64,000 nucleotides of DNA from NCBI GenBank assembly GCA_030141605.1, contig JAQGDQ010000240.1, positions 1-64,000 on the forward strand. The letters are read 5' to 3'. Below, in pieces: positions 62,700 through 64,000 of this stretch. Under the pieces are notes generated by a model. The model saw only the letters and a program-made list of their open reading frames with translations, ran no database searches and was not told where the DNA came from. The stretch's first letter is position 1, and the number at the start of each line of letters is the position of its first letter. The position numbers were made by a program, and so were the translations under genes. Source of the stretch: Tubiluchus corallicola (taxonomy: Eukaryota; Animalia; Priapulida).

Positions 62700-63830
62700 G
62701 TTATTCAAGAAATTTGATATTTGAAACGCTGACTAGTCTGACATTTTTTATTGACTTATAGTATTACGTACAATGTGGAAAACCTCGATAGTGATCGATA
62801 AAACTTTTCTTGCTTTTTCTATAAAGGTTTAGCACGTTTAAGACCTGAAAAAATAGGCTTAGTTTTAGAGACTACTAAAATACCTTTACATACCTATACA
62901 AAAATACCTGAACGTTAGCAACAGATGATGATTAATGCTAAATGTAAAAGAAACCAATGCGGAGGCCCTCAGGAATCAATTTTAGGTCCAATCCTATTCC
63001 TAGTGTTTATAGGTGGTTTAGTCAGAATCATACACTGATAGTGACTTAAATATCCTTGCTGATGACACCAGATTAATGGAAGTTATTAAGGATCCTAATA
63101 TATGTGCTAGACGCATTAACTCTGACTTACAAAAATACAACAATGACCATAAACTAAAAATTTGACCTTTAATCCCAACAAAACTGAAGTGAGTTATTTA
63201 GCCGTAAACTAGCACAACCACCCCAGCTTAGGCTGCACCTAAACAATATGGAATTATCCTCAGTAACTTGTCATAAACACTTAGGTGTTTATTTTGAATC
63301 TAATCCTAAATGCAATACTCATGCAAATGATACTGTGGAAAAAGCGGAGTCTCGTAAGGACTTACTTCAGAAAAGTCCTCTACCATAACAAGATATACAC
63401 TAGAACATTTACATAGATCTATGTTGAGACCAATACTGGAGTATGTTGAACGTTTGTGTGGTGTCGTATAGCTCAAGATTTATCTTGATTATTGGACAAA
63501 ACTTAAAAAAGGAGCTACTGCTATTTGCTGTACGGCAGTGAAAGGTACTACCTATAACTTGCTGCTTGACACTGCTTTTGACTATTTGTATAAAAAACGC
63601 ATGTTTCGAAGAACTTAAATATTTTATAAAATTATAAACCTTTTAACTCCAACATACTTAGTGAATAATTACCACCTGTCAACCGGGATATATTTTATTA
63701 TGCATCCGATTACCTAATCGGATGACTTTTCAATATATCAAACTCTTGTAGCTACTTTAAATATTCTTTCTTCCCTGTACCTTTGACTGAATGGAACAAC
63801 CTATTTGGTGACATCCGGACAGCCTCATCT
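62700..63830 (+). mobile_element. Degraded non-LTR retrotransposon (CR1/L2-like) reverse transcriptase fragment
   Basis: Frameshifted and stop-interrupted RT motifs in correct order: FIDL, GGPQESILGPILFLVFI (GVPQGS-LGP-LF), LADDT, LTFNPNKTE, HKHLGVY, SMLRPILEY. Confidence 0.88.
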
Positions 63831-64000
63831 ACAAAAGATGTTGATCATAGTATTTAAATGGCATACATCATACAAGATTAAGAGTAGAGTCTTCACAGCT
63901 GAAAGATGATCTTAACAGTCACGGATGAGGGGGTTGGTATTGGTAACATTGTTGATGCAAGTTGTACATGTGGTTATCATTTGTTTAATACGAGTAGAGT

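Overview
AT-rich, intron-containing animal (invertebrate bilaterian) genomic DNA, not prokaryotic, so most ORFs in the track are spurious. I reconstructed four spliced protein-coding genes by hand from GT-AG sites and reading-frame phase. (1) The last three exons of WASHC2/FAM21 (+, 1105-3330). (2) A complete 3-exon gene for a 224-aa secreted short collagen with 18 Gly-X-Y triplets between Cys clusters and a His/Pro-rich tail (-, 8120-6297). (3) A 9-exon DEG/ENaC (ASIC-like) channel of about 583 aa (+, 13891-22763). (4) A 14-coding-exon TRPC/TRP-gamma-like channel of about 1050 aa (-, 48772-26069), convergent with the DEG/ENaC gene. The rest is introns and intergenic DNA with compound microsatellites, MITE-like foldbacks, a tRNA-derived SINE and LINE remnants. 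Three observations stand out. The TRPC stop sits in a UGA-CAA-UCA (CAR-YYA) readthrough context, and readthrough would append a 21-aa tail ending in a PDZ-ligand-like FIAYI. The short collagen has an unusual architecture. Three palindromes at 56.7-57.8 kb have arms carrying minimal hammerhead-ribozyme cores of the Penelope-like-element type. All homology calls come from motif recognition, not database searches.
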